IMG/VR virus record: IMGVR_UViG_3300033076_000411
Span: 19,233 to 83,232 of that record
DNA: 64,000 nucleotides
Direction: 5' to 3' (one strand)
DNA from: a virus
Lineage: Duplodnaviria > Caudoviricetes
In this document: positions 55,146 through 64,000 of the stretch, piece by piece
Numbering within the stretch: position 1 is the first letter of the stretch
Layout of the letters: each line of letters opens with the position of its first letter
Position numbers and translations under genes: made by a program
The notes under the pieces: model-generated
Databases searched by the model: none
What the model was told of the DNA's origin: nothing
Seen by the model: the letters and a program-made list of their open reading frames with translations, nothing else

Positions 55146-55822
55146 AACCAATTCCAATTTTTATTGGCTACGACCCCAGAGAAGCCGTAGCATATCATAC
55201 TTGTGTTAACTCAATCATACGACAGGCATCAAAACCTGTGGCTATCATTCCACTTGCGTTAAACTTGTTTGAAGATTACAAAGAAACACACACTGATGGA
55301 TCTAACCACTTTATCTACAGTCGTTTCCTTGTGCCACATCTAATGAACTTTGAAGGCTGGGCAATTTTCATTGACGGAGACATGATCGTTCGAGACGACA
55401 TTGTAAAACTATGGGAACAGCGCAACGAATACAAAGATGTCATGGTAGTCAAGCACGATTACAAAACCAAGATGACAGAGAAGTACTTAGGTGCAAAGAA
55501 TGAAAATTACCCGAGAAAAAATTGGAGTAGTGTTATTCTATGGAATTGCAGCAGTTATCCTAATAGGAAACTTACTCCTGATTTTATCCAGCGATCTACC
55601 GGCGCAGAACTTCATCGCTTTACCTGGATAGATGATGAGCGAGTCGGTGAGTTGCCGAAAGAGTGGAACTGGTTGCCCGATGAATACGGCCCAAATCCAG
55701 ATGCTAAGTTACTGCATTACACCCTCGGCACGCCTTGCTTTCACGAGTTTGCCACAACACCACAAGGTGAAGAGTGGCATCGCGAGCACATGCTTGCAGA
55801 TTATTGCCAACAACGTACATGA
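55142..55822 (+). CDS. Glycosyltransferase (GT8-like, GT-A)
   Basis: IFIGYDPRE, SRFLVP, AIFIDGDM, RKNWSSVILWN, WNWL, LLHYTLGTP. Start MKPIP at 55142. Confidence 0.8.
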   Translation: MKPIPIFIGYDPREAVAYHTCVNSIIRQASKPVAIIPLALNLFEDYKETHTDGSNHFIYSRFLVPHLMNFEGWAIFIDGDMIVRDDIVKLWEQRNEYKDVMVVKHDYKTKMTEKYLGAKNENYPRKNWSSVILWNCSSYPNRKLTPDFIQRSTGAELHRFTWIDDERVGELPKEWNWLPDEYGPNPDAKLLHYTLGTPCFHEFATTPQGEEWHREHMLADYCQQRT

Positions 55823-56793
55823 ACGAAGATGATGAATTAGCACCGCTGCCGGTGCACACGTTAGACTCTGTGCCTCCCGAAATGACAGAGTTATTTTACA
55901 ACATATTGAAATATCGCTCTGACCCTGCAGGCGATTACTACAACATTACTGAAAACAAATTAATGGAATCGATTAGAAATTTAAAACAAAACAATGTGTA
56001 TGCAGTTGGCATCGAACCAGGCGATTCAAAATACAAGGAAAAAGGTCATATGTACGATCCTATATTGCAGAGTTTTGTTCAAGGAGCAGGCGGACAGATT
56101 AGTTACTGGGATAAAATAGCATCGTCAATGGTTCCTGTTGTATTGCGCGGTATTACAAAACGCAAAGAGATTGATGCATGCAGAGCAGCCGGCAGAGATT
56201 TTTATTATATTGACACTGGCTACTTTGGCAATGGCAAAAAGAAAACATATCATCGCATTACCAAAAACGATGTGCAACAGTTTGGAGAAATCATTGATCG
56301 CCCCAGTGACCGCTTGGAAAAAACAGGTGTTACATTTAATAAATTTCGCAAGGACGGCAGCAAAATTTTATTAGCGCCTCCAAGTCAAAAATTGTTGAAC
56401 ATGTATGGGATTGATCTTGAGTCTTGGCTAGCAAATGTTCAACAAGAAATTAAACAACACACTGATAGAGAAGTGGTTATAAGACTCAAACAAGGTCGTT
56501 CAGTTAGACAATCAACTGATACTATGCAAATGGCTCTGGCAGATGATGTGTATTGCTTGGTTACATTCTCTAGTATTGCGGCTGGAGAAGCATTGTTATG
56601 CGGCAAACCGGCTATTACACTGGGACCAAATGCAGCAGGCGCATTATGTAGTCACAGTATAGATGCTATTGAAAATCTCAAGATTCCCACTGTTGACGAA
56701 GTCCGTGCTTGGGCTAGACATTTGAGTTATTGTCAGTTCACGGAACCTGAAATGCGTGACGGTACAGCATGGCGGATTTTAAATGGCGATTGA
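55819..56793 (+). CDS. KpsS/capsule-synthesis-like GT-B protein (paralogue 1)
   Basis: YYIDTGYFGN, ILLAPPS, VVIRLKQ, LVTFSSIAAGEALLCGKP. Confidence 0.55.
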   Translation: MNEDDELAPLPVHTLDSVPPEMTELFYNILKYRSDPAGDYYNITENKLMESIRNLKQNNVYAVGIEPGDSKYKEKGHMYDPILQSFVQGAGGQISYWDKIASSMVPVVLRGITKRKEIDACRAAGRDFYYIDTGYFGNGKKKTYHRITKNDVQQFGEIIDRPSDRLEKTGVTFNKFRKDGSKILLAPPSQKLLNMYGIDLESWLANVQQEIKQHTDREVVIRLKQGRSVRQSTDTMQMALADDVYCLVTFSSIAAGEALLCGKPAITLGPNAAGALCSHSIDAIENLKIPTVDEVRAWARHLSYCQFTEPEMRDGTAWRILNGD

Positions 56794-57697
56794 TGTAGTT
56801 GTTTATGTTTCTAGTGTAGCAAACGCACACAAGTTTCCTCGCAAGACTGCTTGCTTGGAAAACTTTGCAAAAGGTGTGCAAGCATTAGGTGCAAATGTAA
56901 TAGTGGAACGCAGTTACAAGTATACACCTAGTCGCTTGGCAGTTATTTTAGGATGGGCAACTACAAACGTTGGTGGACAAAATATTACTTTACGTAAACA
57001 GATCATCTCTGAACAGCAGCGCAGGGGATTTAAAACAATGTGCATTGATGCTAGTTGTTTCAAATACTTGGATGACAGCGGTACATACCTCCGCTACAGT
57101 TTAGGCGGACCATTTTACGACCGCGCTGAGTACGGAAATAAAAACAGCACACCTGATAAATGGAACGAGATTCAACAACGTCTAGGCATCAATATGAAAC
57201 CATCTGTAAAAAGAGATGGGAATATTTTAATATGCATGCAACGTGATGGCGGATTTGCAATGAAAGCACTAGATCCACTGGTGTGGCTGGAAAATAAGAT
57301 TGCAGAAATTAGGCGATATACCACGCGACCTATTATTGTTCGTCCGCACCCGGGAAAATTTGATATGTCTCATTTTACTAGGTTCGATGATCCTAGAAAA
57401 AATGTTTCAGTGATACACCCTGAACAATCTAAATTAATTGATAACCTACAAACAGCACACTCAGCAGTATTCTTTAATAGTTCTGCAAGTGTAGCAGCAG
57501 TACTAGAAGGTGTACCTGTGTTTGTTGATGATCCTAGTGCAGTGACCTGGGCAGTTTCTCAGCATTCTGTGTCAGAGATTGAAACACCCAAAGTATTTGA
57601 TCGAACACAGTGGATCAATGATTTGGCCACTGCACACTGGAGTGATGCTGACGGATCTAGTGGTAAGATCTATCAGCACTTCTTGCCTTATTTGTGA
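56783..57697 (+). CDS. KpsS/capsule-synthesis-like GT-B protein (paralogue 2)
   Basis: ILICMQ, IIVRPHPG, AVFFNSSASVAAVLEGVPVF. Confidence 0.55.
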   Translation: MAIDVVVYVSSVANAHKFPRKTACLENFAKGVQALGANVIVERSYKYTPSRLAVILGWATTNVGGQNITLRKQIISEQQRRGFKTMCIDASCFKYLDDSGTYLRYSLGGPFYDRAEYGNKNSTPDKWNEIQQRLGINMKPSVKRDGNILICMQRDGGFAMKALDPLVWLENKIAEIRRYTTRPIIVRPHPGKFDMSHFTRFDDPRKNVSVIHPEQSKLIDNLQTAHSAVFFNSSASVAAVLEGVPVFVDDPSAVTWAVSQHSVSEIETPKVFDRTQWINDLATAHWSDADGSSGKIYQHFLPYL

Positions 57698-58245
57698 ACA
57701 ATGATATCGTAGTTGTGGCCTTTGACCCAGGGCCATTTATCAGTTTTGTCAAATACGCTGATCTCTTCCCACACAATCTTAACACCCATTTCGGCCTCTA
57801 CTTTGGCTCGCCACCATTCAGGTAGTTCTACAATCAAGTGAGCATTGCGCCCGTCGGGTAATTTTTTCTTAGCAGGATAACAAGCAATTCTAAAGAATCC
57901 GCATCGTTCTATTTTGCTGCCAATCATACGCAAAGTGTTGTCTAGGTGCGCAGGTTCGACATGTTCTAGTGCGTCTGTGCTAACAACAGCGTCAAAGGTT
58001 CTGTTTGGTAAAATCTCAAAGTCTGGGTTTCCTGGGTCGTAACCTTGTGTAAAAATCTCTGGATGTAAGTCGTTGATGCCTGCAATTAGTGCGCCCTTGC
58101 CGCAGCCAAAGTCTAGCACACTTGTGGGCTTGTATTCTTTGATAAATTTTTCTACGATTTTGTAAGCCTTGGCGCCATTGTTAAATTTGCCACGGCTATG
58201 CATGCGGTTAAGTTGTTCTTGATATTCTCGATCAATTAGTGTCAT
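57688..58245 (-). CDS. Class I SAM-dependent methyltransferase
   Basis: SVLDFGCGKG, FDAVVSTDALEHV. Start MTLID at 58245. Confidence 0.88.
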   Translation of the reverse strand: MTLIDREYQEQLNRMHSRGKFNNGAKAYKIVEKFIKEYKPTSVLDFGCGKGALIAGINDLHPEIFTQGYDPGNPDFEILPNRTFDAVVSTDALEHVEPAHLDNTLRMIGSKIERCGFFRIACYPAKKKLPDGRNAHLIVELPEWWRAKVEAEMGVKIVWEEISVFDKTDKWPWVKGHNYDIIVHK

Positions 58246-58823
58246 TCTTGTATCCAATCTGGGGTGTAAGGCTTTCCACGAAACCACCAGTACAGTTTAG
58301 AACCGGTCCAATCCTTGAATTGTTCTCGATACCATTCTTCAGTTCTGTTCGCAGTAAAGTATTTTGACTCGTGTATTTGTTTTTTACCTTTTGGTTGTAT
58401 ATTATGTAGTCCGATAAAACAAGCCTTACTAGTATGGCTCATCAAAAGTTCTTTAACCCATTGCAAATCGTCATCGGGGACGTATGTAAGAACTTGTGTG
58501 CAAATAACAATATCAAACTTTTGGTCTGCTGGCGGCAATACATTAACTTCGGGCAGGCAAGGGTCATACCTGTATACTGAATCTAGTTCTAAATATTGTT
58601 TGAACGTCTGTTCTATAGTGCTAGGCCAGAAACATGTTGACTGGGACCATTGTGTGCCCTTGCCACAGCCGTAGTCTAACAGCGTTTTGCATTGATGTTT
58701 AACTACTACATCTTTGATAGGACGATTATAACGCCAAGCATCTTTGCCATCCCAACTTTTGTTTTCTGCTTGGAATTGTGCGCCACGTTTAACAGATTCA
58801 TTGTAATATTCGCTTACTGCCAT
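58242..58823 (-). CDS. Class I SAM-dependent methyltransferase
   Basis: TLLDYGCGKG, YDP, FDIVICTQVL. Start MAVSE at 58823. Confidence 0.85.
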   Translation of the reverse strand: MAVSEYYNESVKRGAQFQAENKSWDGKDAWRYNRPIKDVVVKHQCKTLLDYGCGKGTQWSQSTCFWPSTIEQTFKQYLELDSVYRYDPCLPEVNVLPPADQKFDIVICTQVLTYVPDDDLQWVKELLMSHTSKACFIGLHNIQPKGKKQIHESKYFTANRTEEWYREQFKDWTGSKLYWWFRGKPYTPDWIQE

Positions 58824-59461
58824 CCCATGATCCAATCATCTTTGACTTGATCTAACTTGATCATTCCCCACGACTGTAGCAATTCAATGGCAGCAAATTG
58901 ACCGTATTCTTTGCTGTATGCATCATGCGGCTTTTGTTCAATAACTACGACAGGTCTGCATCGGCGTATAGTTTGTTCTGCACCTTGCAGCACACGATAC
59001 TCAAATCCTTCGCAGTCGATTTTCATGTAATCTACAACAGACAATTCTAAACTGTCCAACTTGACAATTTTGATATCGCCATTGACGCTGTTTGGATCTA
59101 CGTGCGTGTGCCCAGTGTTGCCTTCGGTGATGATCATTCGGATCATACCTTCTTGGTCACCTAGAGCAATTGGCTTAACTTCTAAGTTCTTGACAAACAC
59201 ATTGCGTTCTAAACACTCTCTAAACATGGCAACAGGCTCAAATGCAACAACTTGCGTAAAGTGTTTTACAAGATCGCGACTCCATAAACCCACATTAGCA
59301 CCAATGTCTAGCGCAACACGCTTTTGTTTAACATAACCTAGGCTACGATTTCTAACTTGATATTGGTATTCTTTAGGTCCACCCTTGCTTACGCTTTTGG
59401 CCAGCATCTTTGGGAAATGATCTTCGGTGTCGGGGAACCACCAACCGTGGCTTTCAAACAT
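58814..59461 (-). CDS. FkbM-family methyltransferase
   Basis: ALDIGANVGLW, VAFEP, MKIDCEGFEYRVLQGA. Confidence 0.9.
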   Translation of the reverse strand: MFESHGWWFPDTEDHFPKMLAKSVSKGGPKEYQYQVRNRSLGYVKQKRVALDIGANVGLWSRDLVKHFTQVVAFEPVAMFRECLERNVFVKNLEVKPIALGDQEGMIRMIITEGNTGHTHVDPNSVNGDIKIVKLDSLELSVVDYMKIDCEGFEYRVLQGAEQTIRRCRPVVVIEQKPHDAYSKEYGQFAAIELLQSWGMIKLDQVKDDWIMGWQ

Positions 59462-60254
59462 TGTATGTCTCCTGTAGTATTCTTGTTGCGGTCCCGTTGG
59501 CTAATTCTGTGTTATGAAATTGACCGTATGCTAAATGACATGCCCATGCATATCGTTCGTCGTTGGTAGGAAATCGCGGATTGTCTATATATGCCAAATC
59601 TGTGTTGGCCACAGGAATAGCAGCATTGCTAGGAGCAAGTGCAAATGCAGGCACACCAGCAATGATACTTTCAGTGGCAGCAATTGAGTTAAACGTTACA
59701 ACAGCATGCACATCATCCAGTGCAGATTCTAAACTGTTGTTGACTCGTTTTTGTCTATTGGGATCTCGTTGGCGCAAAACAACAGGACGATCTGTGTGCT
59801 GTTTTATAGTGGCTATGGTTGATTCGATCCATTGTTCTAATTCTATGTTATAAAATGCACAAGGCTTTGCATCGGGTGCAGCAATTAATATTTTGCTGCC
59901 GTGACGCCTGGGTTGTAGTTTAATACCCAACCGTTCCCAGCGATCCGGGGGACGAGTAATGATATCTCCGTGCTGCAAATTGTTATGCACAACTCGGTGC
60001 CAGTATTTCCAGCCATGTGGGTTTGATTGACTTATGCGATTGCCCACATAACCAGAGTCTACATAAAAGAATGGTCGTTGTTCTGCCCAGCAACGTTTGA
60101 TTATCTTGTGCTTCATAATACCACGCACAACCAACGGCGCAGAACTGTTTTCATACTGCCATGTTTCTAAGCAAGTAGGCTGGGTGTCTGAACCACGAGC
60201 GAACATTTCGATATACTCGTCGCAGTTGTTTTTGTTGAGGAAAATCCAGTTCAT
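59454..60254 (-). CDS. KpsS/capsule-synthesis-like GT-B protein (paralogue 3)
   Basis: FYVDSGYVGN, ILIAAP, VVLRQR, AVVTFNSIAATESIIAGVP. Confidence 0.55.
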   Translation of the reverse strand: MNWIFLNKNNCDEYIEMFARGSDTQPTCLETWQYENSSAPLVVRGIMKHKIIKRCWAEQRPFFYVDSGYVGNRISQSNPHGWKYWHRVVHNNLQHGDIITRPPDRWERLGIKLQPRRHGSKILIAAPDAKPCAFYNIELEQWIESTIATIKQHTDRPVVLRQRDPNRQKRVNNSLESALDDVHAVVTFNSIAATESIIAGVPAFALAPSNAAIPVANTDLAYIDNPRFPTNDERYAWACHLAYGQFHNTELANGTATRILQETYNV

Positions 60255-61054
60255 GCCCAGTATGTTTCTGTGCGTTTTACTTTTAAGTCGTTGGCCAAAC
60301 TACGTCCTGTGTTTTTACGACTGCCTTTGAGGTGATCTAGGTATGCACCCCATTCTGAGTTAATAAGAGGATGACCTTCGCCTGTGATTAAATGACTAGA
60401 CCAATCATACTGATTTAACTTGTGGTTGTTACGAACAGCATCAAACACAAAACTATCATGCCACTCTACCAAATTGAAGATACCGTTTTCTGCTTCATCA
60501 TACATGCGTTGAAAATCCCAAAGGAACTGTTTCATGATAGCATGTTTCATGTTCATAGCATACAATCCACATTCGGTGTATTTGCCTCGGCGTCCTAAAA
60601 AGCATAGGTCATGCACATTAGGACACAGTTTATCTAATACATCTACAGTAACAGGGCTATGACATACCATGTCGGCATCCATCCACAATAGCCAATCTGT
60701 TTCGACATTTTTAGCACAGTGAAATATTGAATATACTTTGTGTGCAAAACGCACCGCGTCCCACTTAAATCCTTTGCCAGAGTCTTTGCGTTGAGATCTT
60801 ATTGGATCGGCGCTTACATCACCGTTTGCTTTGGGTACTCCACGCCATTTATTTTTAAATGCCACAAGTTCTGAACTGACTACTTCTAAATCATGCACAG
60901 TCAAGTTAGGCGCAGACTCATCAACAGCGCAACCTTCTGCATATACAACCAATTGAACATCTGTTGGCCAATTTTGTAAAAAGGTTTGAATCATTCGCTT
61001 GCCGTATTTCTCGTAACCGGCAGCATTAAACGTGGTAACTACAGTATATTTCAT
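60251..61054 (-). CDS. Glycosyltransferase-like protein (GT-A, DXD)
   Basis: RFAHKVYSI, LLWMDADM, ECGLY, WHDSFVFD, LDHLKG. Confidence 0.65.
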   Translation of the reverse strand: MKYTVVTTFNAAGYEKYGKRMIQTFLQNWPTDVQLVVYAEGCAVDESAPNLTVHDLEVVSSELVAFKNKWRGVPKANGDVSADPIRSQRKDSGKGFKWDAVRFAHKVYSIFHCAKNVETDWLLWMDADMVCHSPVTVDVLDKLCPNVHDLCFLGRRGKYTECGLYAMNMKHAIMKQFLWDFQRMYDEAENGIFNLVEWHDSFVFDAVRNNHKLNQYDWSSHLITGEGHPLINSEWGAYLDHLKGSRKNTGRSLANDLKVKRTETYWA

Positions 61055-61059
61055 CGAGA

Positions 61060-61065
61060 TATTTA
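61060..61065 (-). promoter_or_regulatory. Late box for the minus-strand GT/methyltransferase block
   Basis: TAAATA 5 nt upstream of ATG 61054. Confidence 0.5.
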
Positions 61066-61920
61066 GTGATCAAAAACATAGCCTATTTTCCTTTGCAGTG
61101 TGCTAATAACAGTCGTCCTGTTATGGGAGCAATACTAGATTGCTTGCAAGCATCAGGAATTCAAACACAAGAAAATTCAATGACGTCAGATGCTGCTATA
61201 ATTTGGTCAGTGCTTTGGAACGGTCGCATGGCACCAAACAAACAAGTGTATGAGCATTACAGATCACAGGGCAAACCAGTTATTGTTGTGGAAATTGGTG
61301 CGCTATATCGCGGAGAAACTTGGAAAGTATCTGTTAACAATGTTACTGCACAAGGGTATTATGGACATTTAACTAATTTGGATTTTGACAGGCCTAGAAA
61401 ATTAAAGATAAGTCTAGCAACGCAGGTACAACCAAAGCCAAACATTGTTATTGCAATGCAACATACAAAGAGTTTGCAAGTAGCAAACATTCCCGACATG
61501 TCTGCTTGGTTAACAACTACCATTGGTATTTTACGCAACAACACAGATCGTCCCATTACAATACGCCCGCACCCAAGATGTAAAATGCCTTTGCCTCCAC
61601 TGCCGCCAGGTGTATCAATTGAAGCGCCGCGCCCAGTTGCAAACACATATGACAGTTTTGATATGCACTTTGATTGTCATGCTGTTGTTAACTATAATTC
61701 GGGTCCAGGCATACAAGCGGCCATTGCTGGTGTACGTCCTATTGTAGATAACACTAGCCTGGCATATCCAGTTGGCGTGGGATTTGCAGACATTGAACAA
61801 CCTTATACTATAAACAGAGATTTGTGGCTAACGCAAATATGTCACACAGAATACACAGTAGAAGAACTAAGAAGAGGAACATGGCTAAAAAGGATAGATT
61901 CCGCGTTAGCGGTAAAATAG
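61066..61920 (+). CDS. KpsS/capsule-synthesis-like GT-B protein (paralogue 4); ends in TAG
   Basis: GTG start, VVEIGAL, ITIRPHP, AVVNYNSGPGIQAAIAGV. Confidence 0.55.
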   Translation: MIKNIAYFPLQCANNSRPVMGAILDCLQASGIQTQENSMTSDAAIIWSVLWNGRMAPNKQVYEHYRSQGKPVIVVEIGALYRGETWKVSVNNVTAQGYYGHLTNLDFDRPRKLKISLATQVQPKPNIVIAMQHTKSLQVANIPDMSAWLTTTIGILRNNTDRPITIRPHPRCKMPLPPLPPGVSIEAPRPVANTYDSFDMHFDCHAVVNYNSGPGIQAAIAGVRPIVDNTSLAYPVGVGFADIEQPYTINRDLWLTQICHTEYTVEELRRGTWLKRIDSALAVK

Positions 61921-62621
61921 ATTGTGCTTGCGTTATACACGGAACCGGTTATGACTGGGTGTATGTTGAACGGCTTTATAACATGTTGTCCAAGAACATT
62001 CCGCAAGGAATTAACTTTCATGTTTACACAGAACATGACCGTTCAGTGCCGCCGCATATGATCAAACACTGTCTTGAAACTTGGCCAGGTATCAGCGGAC
62101 CCAAGAAGTCCTGGTGGTATAAAATGCATTTGTTTAACCCTGAACATCATCAAGGTAATTTGTTGTATTTTGATCTTGATACAGTAATAGTTCGCGACCT
62201 TGGCTGGATAACACAATTGCCCACAAACTACTTTTGGGGCATTAGAGATTTTAGATATTTGCAAAGAGCAACGTACCAATGCATTAATTCAAGTGTGATG
62301 TGGTTTAATGTGTCGGAGTTTTCGTATGTGTGGGATCAGTTTTTAAAAGACGGTGTAGACATTGTAACCAAGAGATTCCAAGGCGATCAGGATTACATTA
62401 CAAAAGCAATTGACATTAACAAACGCAGACACTTTGATGACAAGTATTTTGAAAGTTATCGCTGGCAATGCTTAGATGGCGGCTATGACTTCCAATACCG
62501 CAAACATCGTGCCTTGAACACAGGGGTAAAAATTGCCCCCGATACTGCTGTAGTAGTGTTCCACGGCAACCCTAAGCCACACCAACTTTCGGACCCAGAA
62601 ATTGTAAAACTTTGGGTTTAA
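61881..62621 (+). CDS. Glycosyltransferase (GT8-like, GT-A)
   Basis: WWYKMHLF, LYFDLDTVI, INSSVMWF, GDQDYI, VFHGNPKP. RBS GAGGA before ATG 61881. Confidence 0.78.
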   Translation: MAKKDRFRVSGKIDCACVIHGTGYDWVYVERLYNMLSKNIPQGINFHVYTEHDRSVPPHMIKHCLETWPGISGPKKSWWYKMHLFNPEHHQGNLLYFDLDTVIVRDLGWITQLPTNYFWGIRDFRYLQRATYQCINSSVMWFNVSEFSYVWDQFLKDGVDIVTKRFQGDQDYITKAIDINKRRHFDDKYFESYRWQCLDGGYDFQYRKHRALNTGVKIAPDTAVVVFHGNPKPHQLSDPEIVKLWV

Positions 62622-62627
62622 CTTTTT

Positions 62628-62846
62628 CGGTTGACCAATAATTCCCAATTTGCTATAATAATGGCATAGTAAGCAAAAGGGTCAAATGCAATACACACTG
62701 ATTACAAGTAATGGTAAAGTATTAACTTTTTCTGTTGAGGCTTGTGCCCTGCAATTTCAAGCAGCATACGGTGGTGTTGTTTTTACACAACAAGTGTTGG
62801 AAACTGCTGAAACGGTTGACCAATAATTCCCAATTTGCTATAATAA
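62628..62846 (+). repeat. Exact 34-bp direct repeat, each copy a sigma70 early promoter, bracketing a mini-gene
   Basis: cggTTGACCaataattcccaatttgcTATAATaa at 62628-62661 and 62813-62846. Confidence 0.9.
62686..62826 (+). CDS. 46-aa early mini-protein (below ORF-track cutoff)
   Basis: MQYTLITSNGKVLTFSVEACALQFQAAYGGVVFTQQVLETAETVDQ*; RBS AAGGG; its stop lies inside the second promoter copy. Confidence 0.65.
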   Translation: MQYTLITSNGKVLTFSVEACALQFQAAYGGVVFTQQVLETAETVDQ

Positions 62847-62875
62847 CATTTTAACGCACAAAACAGGAGCCAACC

Positions 62876-63901
62876 ATGAGTGCAATTCGTATCCTCAACG
62901 GTACCTACCGTAACAAGTCTATCCAAAACCAAGAGTTTGTTCTTGTTAGTGGTTTTCAATCTGGTGCCCGCGGTAACTTTGTTACTGTTAAAAACGGCGG
63001 CGCTTTCCCTAACTGCCCTGAAACGATTCGTGTAAGTGTTGACAATATTGCCGACATCGAGTATACTAACGGCATGCCTACAGACAACACCGTAAAATTT
63101 GAGCAGCCTGCAATCGTCGAAACTGACGAGCAAGCAATGGATCGTATCCGCGAGCGTTTTGAAATCCTGCACGAGATGACCAAGGCCACTGTGTCAGGAG
63201 ACATTCGTGCTATGATTGTGTCTGGCCCTCCTGGTGTTGGTAAATCTTTTGGTGTGGAGCAAGAAATTGACAAAGCAACTATGTTCGACAAACTTGCAGG
63301 CAAGCGACTACGTGCAGAAGTGGTTAAAGGCTCAGCAACCCCAATCGGTCTTTATCAAACGCTGTACAAGTATTCTGATCCAAATTGTGTCGTGGTTTTC
63401 GACGACTGTGACAGTATTCTACTTGATGACGTATCCCTCAACCTCCTTAAAGGTGCGTTGGACTCAGGTAAAAAGCGTAAGATCTCCTGGTTGTCTGAAT
63501 CGAGTACTCTGCGCCGCGAAGGCATCCCTGACAGTTTCGAGTTCAAAGGTTCAGTTATCTTTATTACGAACTTGAAGTTTGATGGCATGAAGAGCCAAAA
63601 GTTGCGTGATCACTTGGATGCTTTGCAATCACGTTGTCACTATCTGGACTTGACGCTGAACACCATGCGTGATCGACTGTTGCGCATTCGTCAAATTGCC
63701 AAAGACGGCGAGTTGTTTGCAGACTATGAGTTTGATACTGGTGTGCAAGACGAGATTATTGAGTTTATGAACGACAACAAGGATCGTCTGCGTGAAGTAT
63801 CGTTGCGCATGGCAATCAAGATTGCAGACCTGCGTAAGATGTCGGTTATGAACTGGAAGCGTCTGGCAGAGACTACTTGTATGAAACCCGCAGGTGTGTA
63901 A
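62876..63901 (+). CDS. P-loop (AAA-like) ATPase with N-terminal extra domain, early-expressed
   Basis: Walker A GPPGVGKS, Walker B VVVFDDCD, VIFITN, ALQSR; RBS AGGAG. Confidence 0.8.
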   Translation: MSAIRILNGTYRNKSIQNQEFVLVSGFQSGARGNFVTVKNGGAFPNCPETIRVSVDNIADIEYTNGMPTDNTVKFEQPAIVETDEQAMDRIRERFEILHEMTKATVSGDIRAMIVSGPPGVGKSFGVEQEIDKATMFDKLAGKRLRAEVVKGSATPIGLYQTLYKYSDPNCVVVFDDCDSILLDDVSLNLLKGALDSGKKRKISWLSESSTLRREGIPDSFEFKGSVIFITNLKFDGMKSQKLRDHLDALQSRCHYLDLTLNTMRDRLLRIRQIAKDGELFADYEFDTGVQDEIIEFMNDNKDRLREVSLRMAIKIADLRKMSVMNWKRLAETTCMKPAGV

Positions 63902-63902
63902 T

Positions 63903-63992
63903 ATGGCAGGATGGCTAGGCTTCTGGTTTTTGTTGTTTACTGGACACTGGTTCCTAGCCATCATAGTTTTGTTAGTTTTAGCAGGAGATTGA
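63903..63992 (+). CDS. 29-aa hydrophobic micro-membrane peptide
   Basis: MAGWLGFWFLLFTGHWFLAIIVLLVLAGD*; starts 1 nt after the ATPase stop and contains the AGGAG RBS of a gene beginning at 63994. Confidence 0.45.
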   Translation: MAGWLGFWFLLFTGHWFLAIIVLLVLAGD

Positions 63993-64000
63993 TATGTTTG

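Noticed and set aside
61918-62060. Amber read-through fusing the 61066 gene to the downstream GT
   Set aside because: The downstream GT is in another frame and has its own RBS; read-through gives a short nonsense-like tail ending in TGA.
1-64000. Genome-wide amber recoding (genetic code 15)
   Set aside because: All recognisable core genes are full length in the standard code. Only one in-frame TAG was found, and two genes appear to use TAG as a real stop.

Overview
The window is a 64-kb segment of a large T4-superfamily-like myophage genome. It is not cellular DNA. It runs from the scaffold C-terminus and gp23-like major capsid gene through three Gly/Asn/Thr-repeat fibre genes (one of 2729 aa), neck/tail genes (gp13/14/15/18/19-like), gp4, putative internal head proteins, large terminase and gp32/UvsX/UvsY, to a phage metK and a glycosyltransferase/methyltransferase block. 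Four radical-SAM genes are scattered among the core genes. Two promoter classes are visible: TTGACN-17-tgcTATAAT (host sigma70 type) and TAAATA/TATAAATA (T4 late type). The most striking element is at 2215-2925 on the minus strand. A sigma70-like promoter precedes a non-canonical tRNA with a CUA (amber-reading) anticodon. Twenty nt after its CCA end, a gene with a good RBS has an in-frame TAG at codon 4, while the rest of the window reads intact in the standard code. This looks like a local suppressor-gated gene module and was missed by the supplied ORF track. All product names come from motif recognition by eye; no database searches were run.
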